Shown: positions 47,601-64,000 of the stretch, piece after piece
Numbering within the stretch: the stretch's first letter is position 1
How the letters are laid out: each line of letters starts with the position of its first letter
The notes under the pieces: model-generated
Database searches by the model: none
What the model was told of the DNA's origin: nothing
The model's input: only the letters and a program-made list of their open reading frames with translations
Made by a program: the position numbers and the translations under genes
Assembly: GCA_000004695.1 (NCBI GenBank)
Contig: CM000151.3
Coordinates: 1,120,001-1,184,000 of the forward strand
DNA length: 64,000 nucleotides
From: Dictyostelium discoideum
Taxonomy: Eukaryota
Reading direction: 5' to 3'

Positions 47601-47633
47601 ACAAATAATAAATAAATAATAAATAAATAAATA
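47535..47633. repeat. (AAAT)n microsatellite flanked by a 24-nt direct repeat (ataaatccattgtttTatttatttt)
   Basis: About 25 AAAT units. Near-identical flanks lie at 47508-47532 and 47640-47663. Confidence 0.85.
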
Positions 47634-47767
47634 AAGGAATAAATCCATTGTTTATTTATTTTTTATTTTCCATTTTTTTTTATTTGATTAAAAATAAATA
47701 AATAAAAAATAGTAATAAATAAAAAAAAAAAAATAAAAATAAAAAATAAAAAAAAATTATTATTGTA

Positions 47768-48114
47768 TTATTTTGTAAATAATCTTGGTGAATTTGAAGG
47801 TGAACCAGACACATTTATAGAATTTGAAGGTAAATTTAAAATTCTTTTCGTTATAACAGGTGTTGAAGGATTACCATTGGTATTTGTCGTAGATAGTCTT
47901 TGATTTGAATGAGAAAATAATGAATTGTTTGGTGAATTACTACCATAATTTATATTTGAAATAATTGATTGAGGTAATAATGATGTAGAATATAAATTTG
48001 GTGATGATAATGGTTTAGATGGTAATAAATTATTATTTGGTATATTTTTTTTATAAATGTTATTTATATTTCTATTGTTATTATTAATACTATTAATATT
48101 GTTACTATTATTAA

Positions 48115-48152
<38 letters not shown>

Positions 48153-48801
48153 ATGCTATTACTTTGAGTATGTGATGGTCTTTGTTGTTGTTGTTGATAT
48201 AAAATTTCATTTACAACACCAATTGGTATATCCTCAAGTGGCGGTATCGATTCAGGTAGATAAGCAAATGCATGGTCAGCTTCATGAGAGAATTGATCTT
48301 TGAATGTATTGAATGATTCCAATGGTTCAGTGATAATAAGGTTAATACAAAAGTAAACAACCAAACCAAAGATCGCACAAACCACCAAATACATTGGTAT
48401 AGCAATCGCCCAATATTTACTTGGATAATAGTGTACACCCAATTCTGATAACACACTCTCTGGTATAAATGCCCATAATAGATATAATATATATCCTAAA
48501 AATGTTGCAATCCAATAAACAAATCCATAAACTTCTGTATTTGCTCCTTTTTTTGGTTGTTGTTGTTGTTGTTGCTGTTGTTGTTGCTGTGTCATCTCTT
48601 GTTGAAATTGTTGATGGTGTTGAGGTGAAGAAGATAATAATGGAGTTGAAATTTGTGTGGGTGTATTTATATTTGAAATCTGTGGTGGTGTTGTTATAGT
48701 TGATAATGCTGGTGTTGTATCTTCATTATTACTATTTATATTATATACAATTGGATTACTATGACTAGAATGAGACAATGAAGTTGGTGTATTTATAGAT
48801 A

Positions 48802-48845
<44 letters not shown>

Positions 48846-49576
48846 GTAGTAGTAGTACCAATAGTGGGAGTTGCTACTGCAGCAGTAGTTATTGTTGTTG
48901 TTGGTAAATTAAGTATTGGTACTGATGATGATGAAGATGATGTAGGTATTGACCCTATTGGCGGATTAACCTGTATAGGTGAAGATAAATTTGTACTTGG
49001 TGTAGTTGCTGTTGTTGTTGCTGTTGTTATTGGTGTAGTTGTTGTTGTTGGTTGTGATGGCGTAGTAGTAGTTGTTGTTGTTGTTGTTGTTGTTGTGGCA
49101 TTTGTTGCTCCTCCTCCAGTTGAGGATGCTACATTTATATTTGCATTGGCTGATGGAGATGGTGAAGGTGATGACGATATAATTGGCATTGTAACAATAG
49201 GTACAGATGATGATGATAATGATACCATAGGAATTGTTGTAGTTGTAGTTGATGTTGTATTATTATTATTACTATTATTACTATTATTACTATTATTATT
49301 ATTATTATTATTTGAAATAATAGTAGGTGGAGAATTTGGTATATGTGTATTTATTAAATCTAATTGAAATGTATTTAATAGTGGTAATGCTGGATGTGAA
49401 GTAGAGGATTGAAGTATTGGTGATGTAGATAGTGATGTACTTCCTAATCTATTGGTATTAATACCAATGCCACCTGTACTATTATTCAATTGATGTATAT
49501 TATGTGAATTTTGTTGTGATAATCTCCTTTGATGTCCACCATGAAAAGAGGATGTTGACCCTCCGCTTTGGCTCAT
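47768..49576 (-). CDS. PIG-P (GPI-GlcNAc transferase subunit P) homolog with very long N- and C-terminal low-complexity extensions (602 aa)
   Basis: The core 'EVYGFVYWIATFLGYILYLLWAFIPESVLSELGVHYYPSKYWAIAIPMYLVVCAIFGLVVYFCINLIITEPLESF' matches the PIG-P two-TM domain (EYYGFV.Y....F.LYL.WA.IPE..L...G.TYYP.KYWA.A.P.Y). The rest is S/T/N/Q-rich. Confidence 0.75.
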
Positions 49577-49784
49577 CCTTTAATGTTTTTCTGTATCTGA
49601 GTCTTTGTGTTATATATATAACAGATGAAAATTGAAATTAGTTTTTTTTTTTTTTTTTTTTATGTTTTTAGAAAAATGAAAATGAAAAGATTGTGTAAAA
49701 AAAAAAAAATAAAAAATAAAAAATAAAAAAAAATAAAATTTTTAACCATTTGGAACTTGGAAAAAAAAAAAAAAAAATATTTTC

Positions 49785-49825
<41 letters not shown>

Positions 49826-50435
49826 TATGATTTAATTTTAGTTTTTTTTAATATGAATTTAATTTATAAAAATAGAGTTCTAAAAAATTCTAGAAATGAT
49901 ATAAAATATAAAAAAAAATGAATGTAATCATTTTGTTTTTTTTTTTTTTTTAATCAAAAATTTTATTTTTAGTATTTATCAATTTATGTAATTGTTTTTT
50001 TTTTATTTTAAAGAACAATGAGTAGGGAATAAATTTTATAATAATAATTAAACCCTATTCTTTTTTTTTTTTTTTTTTTTTCCAAGAGTCAAGTTTGAAT
50101 GTTTTTATTTATTTGAAAAAATGATATTTTTCCGAGTTTATAATAAAAAAAAAAATAAAAAAAAATAATAAAAAATAGCGGGATTGTGTAAATTGTACCA
50201 TTGCAATGATGGTGACAAGTTACAACAAAGAAAAAAAAAATAAAAAAAATAAAAAAAATAAAAAAATAAAAATAAATAAATATTAGGAACCAATAAATAA
50301 CGATATAACATAACAAAAAAAAATATAATCATTTGTCGCACTTTATAACCCTTATTGTTTATATTTATAAATAAAATTTAAAAATATAATCATTTTGTCG
50401 CACTTTATGATTTTTTTTTTTTATTTTTTAAATTT

Positions 50436-50469
<34 letters not shown>

Positions 50470-50656
50470 ATGGTTTATTTAAAATAAAAAATAAAAACGA
50501 ATGGTTATGGCGTTTTGAATTGGGATTTTTTTGATGCTTTGGGAAAAAGTTGGTTTCCCAAATTGAGATATTTTAACAATCTTTTTTTTTTTTATTATTA
50601 ATATTTTTTTTTTTTCTTTTTTTTTTTTTTTGAATGCCGTTATTTACCATCAATTA

Positions 50657-50723
<67 letters not shown>

Positions 50724-50776
50724 TTTTTTCTTTTTTCTTTTTTCTTTTTTCTTTTTTTTTTTTTTTTTTTTTTTTT
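50657..50776. repeat. About 120-nt oligo-T tract (interrupted by single C's)
   Basis: Homopolymer block in the promoter region upstream of the ELO gene. Confidence 0.9.
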
Positions 50777-50946
50777 GTGATTGCCGATTTTAGATTCAAA
50801 ATATATTTGAATTGAACAATATCCTCAACCCCATCCCCTTTGTATATAAATTATAAAAGTAAGTATAGTTTAATTATTATTATTTTATTTTTTTTAACTC
50901 GTTCCAATAAATATTAAAAAATATAAATAATTTTTAAACAAATAGA

Positions 50947-52056
50947 ATGGAAACAATTCAATCAGTTATTACAGAATGGAGTGATTCAAAAAGTTGGGAT
51001 CATTTATTTCAACATAATTTCAAAGATTCAAACTGGTCAGAATTATTTGACCCAGTAAATTTCAAATTCAAATTTGGTACAACACCATTTTCTCAATTCC
51101 AAATTCTTCCATCAGTTATTTCCTTATATTTAGTTATAATTTTTTCAATTAAAGTAAATATTTCTTTTTTATTATTTCCTTATAAAAAAAAAAATTCTTA
51201 TTAATTTCTTATTTTTTATATCATTTTTATTTTATCTACTTTTTTTTTTTTTTTTTATCTTTTTAGTTTTTAATGAGAAATAGAAAACCATTTTCATTAA
51301 AATATGTTTCAATTTTACATAATGCTATCTTATGTATTTGGTCACTTGTTATGTGTGTAGGAATTTTATATGAAGTTATTAAAAGAATTACTGTAAGTGT
51401 TTTTTTTTATAAAAAAAAAAAAAAAAAATACATAATATATTAATTTTTTTAATTTTTTTATTTTTTTTATTTTTTTTTTATTTTTTTTATTCAAATAGGC
51501 TGAAGGACCATTATTTACAGTTTGTGAAACCGTTTCAGGATTTGATAAAGGTCCAGCATACTATTGGAGTTATATTTTTTATATTAGTAAATTTTATGAA
51601 CTTTTAGATACAGTTATTATAGTATTAAAAAAGAAACCATTAATTTTCTTACATGTTTATCATCATTGTATCGTTGTTTGGTTATGTTGGTATTTCATGT
51701 ACAGTGGTTGGAATCTCCAATTATGGGTTGTTTTCTTGAATACTTTTGTTCATGTATTTATGTATTACTTTTACTTTCAAACTGGTAGAGGTAAAACAGT
51801 TTGGTGGAAAAAATATATTACCATGATTCAAATTATTCAATTCATTTGTCTTGGTATTGCAGGTCTTTTACATTCAGCAGCAATCAATTTAAATTCTTCA
51901 CCATGTTTCACTCATTATCCAGCTTTCATTTCAGCTTATTTAATTAATTTCTCTTTCCTTTTCTTATTCTCTCAATTCTTTGTTAAATCTTATTCAAATA
52001 AACCAACTTCATCATCATCAACAACTACTCCAACTAAAACAAAGAAAATTGATTAA
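50947..52056 (+). CDS. ELO-family fatty-acid elongase (GNS1/SUR4; about 296 aa); exons 50947..51153, 51267..51392 and 51499..52056
   Basis: The histidine box is 'LIFLHVYHHCIVVWLCWYF' (HxxHH). Also 'KFYELLDTVIIVLKKK' and 'FLNTFVHVFMYYFYF'. Donors are GTAAAT and GTAAGT. Acceptors are tttttAG and aaatAG. All phase 0, so the frame is retained. Confidence 0.75.
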
Positions 52057-52212
52057 ACAAAAAAAAAAAAAAAAATATAAATAAAAAATTAAAAATTAAA
52101 AATTTAATAAAATAAAAAATAAAAAATTGTTTAGTATTATTAATTTTTTTTTTTTTTTTTTTCTAAAGTTTAAGATTGTATGTGTATGTATATGTTTAAT
52201 TTATTTAATTAT

Positions 52213-53323
52213 TTAAGATATATTATTATATAAAGTTACATCTTCATCATGCTTAATGATTTTCTTATTTTTTATATAATCTTTTAAACAATCTGATAAG
52301 GTTTTAAAAGCAACTTCACCATCTTCTTTTTCAAGATATGAAAATGTGACTCTGATATATGGTGTTTTAATGGTTCTATTTGGTGAACTTGAAATACCTA
52401 GACCAAAGATAACTTTATGATGTCTTAGGACATCTCTTACAAATTCATAGGAACAATCGATACCTAATAGTTTAACCCAAAAGTATAGACCAGCTTTTGG
52501 TACACTATATTCAACTTGACCTTTGAGATGTTTCTCTAAAAGTTCAATTGTTTCCCTTCTTTTTCTAATTAACACTTCTTGAACAAAATTAACATGACTA
52601 TCAAATTTTTCATCGCCCCAATTTGTTAATAATTTCTCTAATGCAATTTGAGTTAACCCACTTGAATGAAATATTGATGCATTCAATTCAAATGCTATCA
52701 CACCGAATAATTTTGAATTGGTAGTTACAAAACCCATTCTAATACCACTTGATAAAAACTTTGAAAATGTATCCAATCTAATAACTCTATCTTCTTTATC
52801 AATTGAAAGGAATGATTTGTTTAGCACTCTTTTACCATTTACTATCTCATTATCCAATTGTAAAAAGAAGTGAGGATCATCTTCTATGATTAATAAATCG
52901 AATTTACATGCAATTTTATAAATCTCTTCTTTTCTCTCCATGTCATATAAAATACCGGTTGGATTTTGACCATGTGGTATCATGTAAATTAATTTTGGGA
53001 ATTTCAAATCTGGATGAGTACTCTCCCAATTACTTAATAAATTATCCAATTCACTTGGTATCATACCTTTACTATCCATTTCACATGCTGCAAAATTAAT
53101 ACCTGATGGTTGTGTAACTGCAAACATACCACCATAAGTATATCTTTCAACTATTAATGTATCACCTCTATTAAAAAATGCTTTAACTAAACAATCAAGA
53201 GCATGTTGTGATCCTGGTGTCATTAATAAATTCCATTCTTTACCTGGTGTATTTGCTATTTTTAAAAAAATTAAATATAATAGTTTTAAAAAATTAATAA
53301 AATTTATATTAAATTATCATTTT

Positions 53324-53370
<47 letters not shown>

Positions 53371-53637
53371 TTAAAAATAGATAATTACGATCACATAATC
53401 CATGATGTCTTTGTTGAATTGATTTACACCAATTTCTTAATTTTGGTAAACCTGGTGAATCAGAGTATTGTTGCACTAAATCCAAGTCTTCTTTTGATAA
53501 TCTAACTTTTTCATTTCCCAAAAAATTAAAATTAAATTCTAATTCCTTAATTGGAAAAAATAATTTACTGGGTATACCTGCACCAAAAGATAACTTTAAT
53601 TTTTTGAATTAATATTTTAAATATTAAATGTTTTTTT

Positions 53638-53699
<62 letters not shown>

Positions 53700-53929
53700 A
53701 ATAAATAAATAGAATTATTTAAATAACATACAATTTCAGATGAAGCAAGAAATGTTGAAATTTCAACTTCTGTTAATTGACATGGTGTTGAATTTCTTAA
53801 ACTTAAATATCTTGAATAATCTTTAATTGGTTCTTTAAATTTATAATCATTGAATGATTTTCCATTTAAATTAATATTTGTATTGTTTAATTCTTGAGAA
53901 ATTTGATTAGAAATATCGCTTCTCATCAT
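52213..53929 (-). CDS. Class-I PLP aminotransferase of the 2-aminoadipate/kynurenine/aromatic (AADAT/Aro8) type (about 481 aa); exons 53929..53732, 53593..53389 and 53255..52213
   Basis: Exons 1 and 2 join as '...RNSTPCQLTEVEISTFLASSEI|LSFGAGIPSKLFFPIK...', which aligns with AADAT '...[36 protein letters not shown]'. Exon 2 holds 'QYSDSPGLPKLRNWCKSIQQRHHG'. Exon 3 holds 'TPGSQHALDCL', 'PHGQNPTG', 'LIIEDDPHFFLQ' and the PLP-lysine motif 'SFSKFLSSGIRMGFVTT'. Donors are GTATGT and GTAATT. Confidence 0.7.
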
Positions 53930-54064
53930 TATTTATTTATTATTTATTTTTTAAAAAATTAATATTGACACTATTATATAATACTATAGTCTAAGTGTGT
54001 AAATTAATAAAATAAAGTAAATTGAAATTGTTTTTTTTTTTTTTTTTTGTTTTTTTTTTTTTTG

Positions 54065-54095
<31 letters not shown>

Positions 54096-55036
54096 GTATA
54101 TGTATTGTTTTCTTTTATTATACTAAAATATAAAATTATTTTTGAATTGTTTGGAATGGGGAAAAAAAAAAATAATTCCCAAATTTGAATTTAAAAAAAT
54201 AAAAAAAAAAATTAAAAATAAAAAAAATAAAAAAAAATAAAAAAATAAAAAAAACAAATAATATTTTTTAATTTATTTTTAAAAATTAATATTTTTTGGG
54301 GTTTTTTTTTTTAATTAAAAATGACCCTATCTTTGATTTTTATCCAATTTTGAAATACAATCTATAAAATTGTCAATTAAAGATTTCAATAAATTACAAT
54401 TATAACAAAAAAAATTAATAATTATTAATTTTAAATTATTGCCAAATTAATATTTTTTTTTTTTTTTACCGAAAATGATTTTTTTTTTTTTTTTTTTTTA
54501 TGATATAGGATATTTTTTCAAGATTTTTTAAGATTTTTTTTTTTGTTATTTTTTATAAAAAAAATTGTTGATTAAACAAAAGTAAAATAAAAAATAATCA
54601 CTGAAATGAAGTTCAAATTGTTTTTGAATTCTTGTAATTTCAATTTTAATACTAAAAATAAAAAATTTAATTTCACCAAAAAAATAAAAAAAAAAATAAA
54701 AATTAAAAATTAAATTTTTTTTTTATAAAAATATTTAAAAATTTTTTTATTTTTATTATTTTTTATTTATTTTTTTTTTGTACAGATAAAAAGGAGTGTT
54801 TATATTTATGTGTATATATATATTTAAATATATATATATAGAACAACCACAAGTTATTAAACACTTTTTTTAAAAAAACAAAAAAAAAAAACAAAAGAAA
54901 AAATAAAATATAAAAAAACACAAGAAGTGATTTAAAACATATAATCATTAAGAGTAACAACACTTTTTATTGAACTCAGAAAACCAAACTACAACTAATT
55001 AATAACCAATATTAGTAATATTAATAATAGAAAGAA

Positions 55037-55113
<77 letters not shown>

Positions 55114-55134
55114 GCAACAGCAACAAAAAAAAAA
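55037..55134. repeat. (CAA)n microsatellite in the 5' flank of the DCN1-like gene
   Basis: About 30 CAA units with two CAG interruptions. It ends 34 nt before ATG 55168. A/T-rich stops follow, so it is non-coding here. Confidence 0.85.
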
Positions 55135-55167
55135 AAGGATAAAAATAAATAAATAAAAAAAATACCA

Positions 55168-56144
55168 ATGACAAGAAAATATACAAAGAAATCGAGTGGA
55201 TCCACTGCATCCACAACAAATTCTACGGCAGAGATTGTTGATCTAACTACATCGACTTCAAGTGTAAGAATAATTATAATTTTATCTATTTAACTTTTGT
55301 TAATAATAATAATAATAATAATAATATAATAATTATAATCATAATAATTGGAGAAAAGAGAGATACAGAGATATTAAATCCTTAAAAAAAAAAAAAAAAA
55401 AAAAAATTTTAAAAAAAATGAAAATAGGTAGGAAAAAAGAGGAAGAGTCCAGATGAAAAAGCACAACCAATAACAAAGAAAGCATTGAATTCATTAACAC
55501 CAGTTCAATCAATGTTTGAAAAATATAAAGGTAAAAATATAATTAAAGCAATTCATTATACCTATTTATATACATATATTTTCAATGTACATTTAGGTAT
55601 AATTTTATTAATTAATTTTTACCTATAATATTTAGATGATGATGAAACAATTGGGCCAGAAGGTATAGCAAGATTTTGTAGTGATATAGGCCTAGCACCA
55701 GATAGTGTAAGTTTTGTATTCATATTTATATATATACATATATGAACTTACTCTTTCTAACCAGAATTTTTTTTTTATTTGTATTTTATTAAAATAGTTT
55801 GAGATTTTAGTTTTAGCATGGACAATGAATGCATCTAAAATGGGATATTTTAGTAAGAATGAATTTAGTAGTGGATTTGAAAAATTACAATGTAGTGATT
55901 TATCAACATTAAAGAAACAATTAAATAGCACTTCACAAAAATTAAAACATGATTCAACTAAATTCACAGATCTTTATAAATATGCATTTGGGTTTGCAAG
56001 TGAAGTAGAGAGTAAAAAGTCAGTAGATTTAGGTACAGCTGCGGAAATGTTAAAACTATTATTACCTGAAGGTCCGCATACTACAAATTTTGCTGCTTTT
56101 TTATGTGTATGTTTTTTTTTTTTTTTTTTTTTCCCTAAATTATC

Positions 56145-56214
<70 letters not shown>

Positions 56215-56445
56215 TTGATTAATGAATTATAATTCATTTACAACTTTTAACTTTTTAAACAAAATTTTTTTTTTTTATATATATAGACACAACCAAATAA
56301 ATCAATTAATAAAGATCAATGGTTATGCTTTTTAGAATTCTCAAGAACTGTAAAAGCAGATTTATCAAATTATGATGATTCAGAAGCTTGGCCACTTCTT
56401 CTTGATCAATTTTCAGAGTGGGTTCAACAAGAGAAAAGGATATAA
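55168..56445 (+). CDS. DCN1-like protein (defective in cullin neddylation, PONY domain; about 245 aa); exons 55168..55263, 55428..55530, 55636..55706, 55798..56106 and 56287..56445
   Basis: The PONY domain reads '[19 protein letters not shown]|[44 protein letters not shown]...[28 protein letters not shown]' and '...[45 protein letters not shown]'. These are near-collinear with human DCUN1D 'IGPEGMEKFCEDIGVEPEN..MLVLAWKLEA.SMGFF.KEEW..G...LQCD....L......'. A 'GKKRKS' NLS sits in exon 2. Donors are GTAAGA, GTAAAA, GTAAGT and GTATGT. Intron 4 contains (AAT)n. Exon 1 is the least certain. Confidence 0.65.
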
Positions 56446-56503
56446 ATTAGTTTTTTTTTTTTTTTTTCAAAAATATGGTATTACCAACAAGAACGATTAA
56501 ATT

Positions 56504-56538
<35 letters not shown>

Positions 56539-56733
56539 TTAATAACTAAAGTATATAACTATAGAAAAAAAGCAAAAAAGAAATGTAAAAAGGGAAATTT
56601 GTACAAAAAAAAAAAAAAGGAAAAGAACTTCAATAAAAATATTAACTTTTTTTATTTTTTTTTTAAGTAAATCTTATCTATTTTTAAAGTTTTTATTTTT
56701 TTAAAAAAAAAAAAGTTTTTATTTTTAAAGTTT

Positions 56734-58544
<1,811 letters not shown>

Positions 58545-59281
58545 TTGAATATTATTTTTCTCTAATTTAATGTGGGAGATTGGTTTTTTTTATATATATA
58601 TATATATTAAAGAAAAAAAATTAAATAAAATAAAGAAATAAAATTTTTTATTTCTTTTTTCCAACCCCCAAAAAAAAAAAAAAAAAAAATGTTTAAAAAT
58701 ATCTTCAAGACTGAAAAACTAAAAAAAAAAAATAAAAAAAAAAAAATAAAAAAAAAAATAAAAAAAAAAGATTTTTTTTTTTTTTTTTTTAAAACTTTTG
58801 GCTTTGGCCAATAAATTGTCTTGATAACCTTATTTCTTTATTTTTTTTTTTTTTTTTCAAATATTTATTTTAATTTTAATTTTTTTTATTATTATTTTAT
58901 TTTATATTATTTTTTTTATTTTTTTTAATTTTTTTCTAAACATATTTTTTTATTTTTTTATTTTATTTTATTTTACTTTATTTTTCTTTTTTAAATTAGA
59001 TTGATAAATACGATAAAAAAAATTCTATAACAGTAATTTAGTAAATTCTTTTTTTTTTTTTATTTTATATTATTTTTTTTATTTTTTTTTTATTTTAATT
59101 TTTATTTTTTTTTATTTTTTTTTATTTTTTTTTATTTTTTATTTTTTTTTTTTATTTTTTTTTTAATTCAATTTTTTTTTTTTATTTTTTTTTTTTTAAT
59201 GTAATAGTACCTACAGATGATTTGTTATAAATATATAATCTATAATTATTTTTTATTTTCATTATAATAAATTTAAAATAA

Positions 59282-61834
<2,553 letters not shown>

Positions 61835-61858
61835 TAAATTAAAATATTTATATATCTA

Positions 61859-61893
<35 letters not shown>

Positions 61894-62003
61894 ACAAAAC
61901 AAAACATAATTATCATTTATTTTATATATAAATATTTATATATATTTTTATTTTATTTTTTATTTTATTTTATTTCTATTATTATTTATTATTATTATTA
62001 TTT

Positions 62004-63004
62004 TTAAAAATCTAAACTTTCATCATCTTGTTCTAAATATTGTTTAAAATAAACACAACGTTTGGGTGAAACTAAACCATTATCACTACATATATCGAAA
62101 ACTGGACAATTACCACATGGCATATTACAAAAATTATTTACAGGTATTGGTGTTTTAGTTGGTTTATAGAGGATACCAGATCTTCTACCAAGCATTGCAC
62201 CCATTCTAGTATCTCTCATCTCTTCGATATCACCATCGTAGATGACAGTGTTAACTAGTGCTTGAATATCCTCTGGACCTAAACTTTGACTTGTTGCCTC
62301 TTCAGCAACTTTTCTAAGATAAGTGATGATATCTGCTAAATCTACGGCACCTTTATTGTCTACAAATGTTTTAATATGCATTTTCATGATTTGAATATAT
62401 TGATGATCATACGATTGATCCGAATACAATTGACCACCTGTGATCTCTCTACTTGGTTCCATATTATATAACATGTATACTTTTTTTCTACCACTTTGAA
62501 TTGATTTCACTGATTTAATAAGTTTTCTTGATTCTAATGTCTTTAAAATCTTTGTAATTTGTACTTGTTGATAACCTGAACTATTCTTTAATTCTCTTGT
62601 CCATGCACCTGTATTCGATGATGCTTCAATTAATTGATATATTAAAAAATCTTCAACTCCTAATCCTCTAAATCTAAAATTTTTAAAAATAACAATTAAC
62701 AAATGACAAATAAACTATTATTAATATTGATAATGAATAGTTATCTATTAAAATAATAATAATAATATTAATAATAATAATTTAATAATTACTTTGCTTG
62801 ATCTTCAGGATTAACTTCTTTATATGATGTCGTTTCATCAGAGTTTTGTATAAGCATTAATCTACCTTGCTTGATTAGATTATTTATAACTTTAACTATT
62901 TCCTCCATTTTATGTCCTAAACTAACCTCAATCATTTGTTGAGTTAGACCTGTTGGATATTTATGACATAAATCTAAAAATTTATTCTCCAATTCTTCAG
63001 ACAT
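62004..63004 (-). CDS. RNA polymerase III subunit RPC6 (POLR3F/Rpc34; about 293 aa); exons 63004..62793 and 62673..62004
   Basis: Exon 1 is 'MSEELENKFLDLCHKYPTGLTQQMIEVSL...', a winged helix like POLR3F 'IIELCHQFPHGITDQVI'. Exon 2 has 'FLIYQLIEASSNTGAWTRELKNSSGYQQVQITKILKTLESRKLIKSVKSI..KKVYMLYNMEPSREITGG', which matches POLR3F 'LVYQIIEDAGNKGIWSRDIRYKSNLPLTEINKILKNLESKKLIKAVKSV..KKVYMLYNLQPDRSVTGG'. The C-terminal Cys cluster 'CNMPCGNCPVFDIC...SPKRCVYF' is the Fe-S site. Donor GTAATT (phase 2). Acceptor ttttAG at 62675-62674; an alternative AG 6 nt downstream stays in frame. Confidence 0.7.
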
Positions 63005-63611
63005 TTTTTAAGTATATGTATATTTTATTTGTTTTTTTTTATTTTATTTTATTTTATTTTATTTTATTTTATTTGTTTTTTTTTATTCGTTTTTTTTTTT
63101 TTTTATATATTTAATAGTTTTTTTTTATTTTATTTTTATTTTTATTTTTATTTAAATTTATATTTTTTAAAATTAAGTAGGTTGGAATTTATATAGTGAG
63201 ATGGGGTGTTATATATTATTTACAAAGGAGAAAAAGTGTACTTCTTGTTTTTACACAAATAAAAAAAAAATGAGGAAAAAAAAAATGAAATTAATTTAAA
63301 GCCAACATTTCACGATTTTTTCAAAAAAATTTTATTTTAAATTTTTTTTTTTTTCATATTTTTTTTTTTTTTATTTTGGGAAATTAATCAAGATAGTATG
63401 GAATAAAAATATTAAAAAAAAAGAAAAAAAAAGTTATATAACTAGAGTTTTTTATTTATTTAATTATTAAATTAATTAATCATTTTATTTATTTTGATTA
63501 ATTTAATCATTTAATTATTTATTTAATTATTTAATTAATTATTATATTTACTTATTTAATTAATTAATTAATTATTATATTTATTTATACATATTTATTT
63601 ATCTATTATAT

Positions 63612-64000
63612 TTATTTATAAAGATATTTGAAAGGAGGTATAAAACAATTTTTGAAAGAAACATTTTCAAAACCTTTTAAATAAATAGTATTTGTTGATT
63701 CAGTTTTAAAAAAATGACGAACAGTTGATGGAATAGTTGAATAGTCTAAAGTGGTTTTAATATTTCCAATATATAAATAACATACACTACTTGGTATTAA
63801 TGATTTGGTGTTATTGGTTGTCATTGATGAGAAAGGTGTGATTGAATTTGAGTCACATGATGATGTAGTTAAAGATTGATTAAAACCATCCAATAATATA
63901 ATACCCATGGTAGTATTTGGTATTGATCCCTCTATCAGTGTATTATCACCAATTTCACCTAAAAATATATATTTCAATGGGGGCATTAAACTTGGTAGTA
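63612..64000 (-). CDS. FNIP-repeat protein, 3' portion (the gene continues beyond the window end)
   Basis: '...LPSLMPPLKYIFLGEIGDNTLIEGSIPNTTMGIILLDGFNQSLTTS...YLYIGNIKTTL..IPSTVRHFF' has FNIP-repeat character (LP.SL..L.FG..FNQ.L). The frame stays open upstream of the ATG at 63986 and up to nt 64000, so the N-terminal exon or exons are outside the window. Confidence 0.5.
   Translation of the reverse strand, partial: LPSLMPPLKYIFLGEIGDNTLIEGSIPNTTMGIILLDGFNQSLTTSSCDSNSITPFSSMTTNNTKSLIPSSVCYLYIGNIKTTLDYSTIPSTVRHFFKTESTNTIYLKGFENVSFKNCFIPPFKYLYK

Noticed and set aside
62640-62702. ORF-track start 'MLIVIFKNFRFRGLG' for the RPC6 ORF
   Set aside because: Those residues are intronic. The real exon 2 begins at acceptor AG 62675-62674, and the N-terminus is supplied by exon 1 (62793-63004).

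Overview
This window is eukaryotic nuclear DNA and almost certainly comes from Dictyostelium discoideum or a close dictyostelid. It is about 78% A+T, and the coding regions carry long (AAT)n and (CAA)n tracts that encode poly-Asn, poly-Gln or poly-Thr. Introns are short (roughly 70-500 bp) and AT-rich, with GTAAGT or GTATGT donors and (T)nAG acceptors. It holds four members of the dictyostelid-specific FNIP-repeat family and a P2X receptor gene. It is not a prokaryotic locus: I found no operons, CRISPR arrays, RBS-type signals or defence-system architecture. The ORF track uses bacterial-style starts, so several listed 'M' residues are really TTG codons (for example 2793, 22759, 26239, 42744). 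It also ignores introns, so I rebuilt gene models by hand from splice signals and reading-frame continuity. I call about 27 protein-coding genes (see the feature list), most with recognisable orthology. They include a VPS9-domain GEF, an atypical CAAX small GTPase, an E2F-like winged-helix protein, FNIP-repeat proteins, a mitochondrial MRM2-type FtsJ rRNA methyltransferase, an LMBR1-domain membrane protein, a CBM20 mini-protein, a very large PHD/SANT chromatin protein (>2700 aa), a PA14 secreted protein, a C2-domain protein, a P2X receptor, PIG-P, an ELO elongase, an AADAT/Aro8 aminotransferase, a DCN1-like protein, mevalonate kinase, an F-box/SH2/ankyrin protein and RNA polymerase III RPC6. 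Non-coding content comprises microsatellites ((TA)~200 inside an MVK intron, (GTT)n, (TTTTTA)n, (AAAT)n, (CAA)n and a ~120-nt oligo-T tract), CA/GT-rich G-box-like islands in otherwise AT-rich promoters, and two GC-richer islands that could be small ncRNAs. I found no transposon, tRNA or rRNA. The most unusual items are the giant PHD-SANT protein with a possible EVE/PUA-like module, the E2F-like protein whose DNA-contact motif is diverged, an F-box-like N-terminal motif that the FNIP genes share with an unrelated 883-aa protein, internal tandem repeats inside the MRM2 gene, and the ncRNA candidates. All coordinates were derived by hand-indexing the sequence, and exon boundaries may be off by a few nucleotides.
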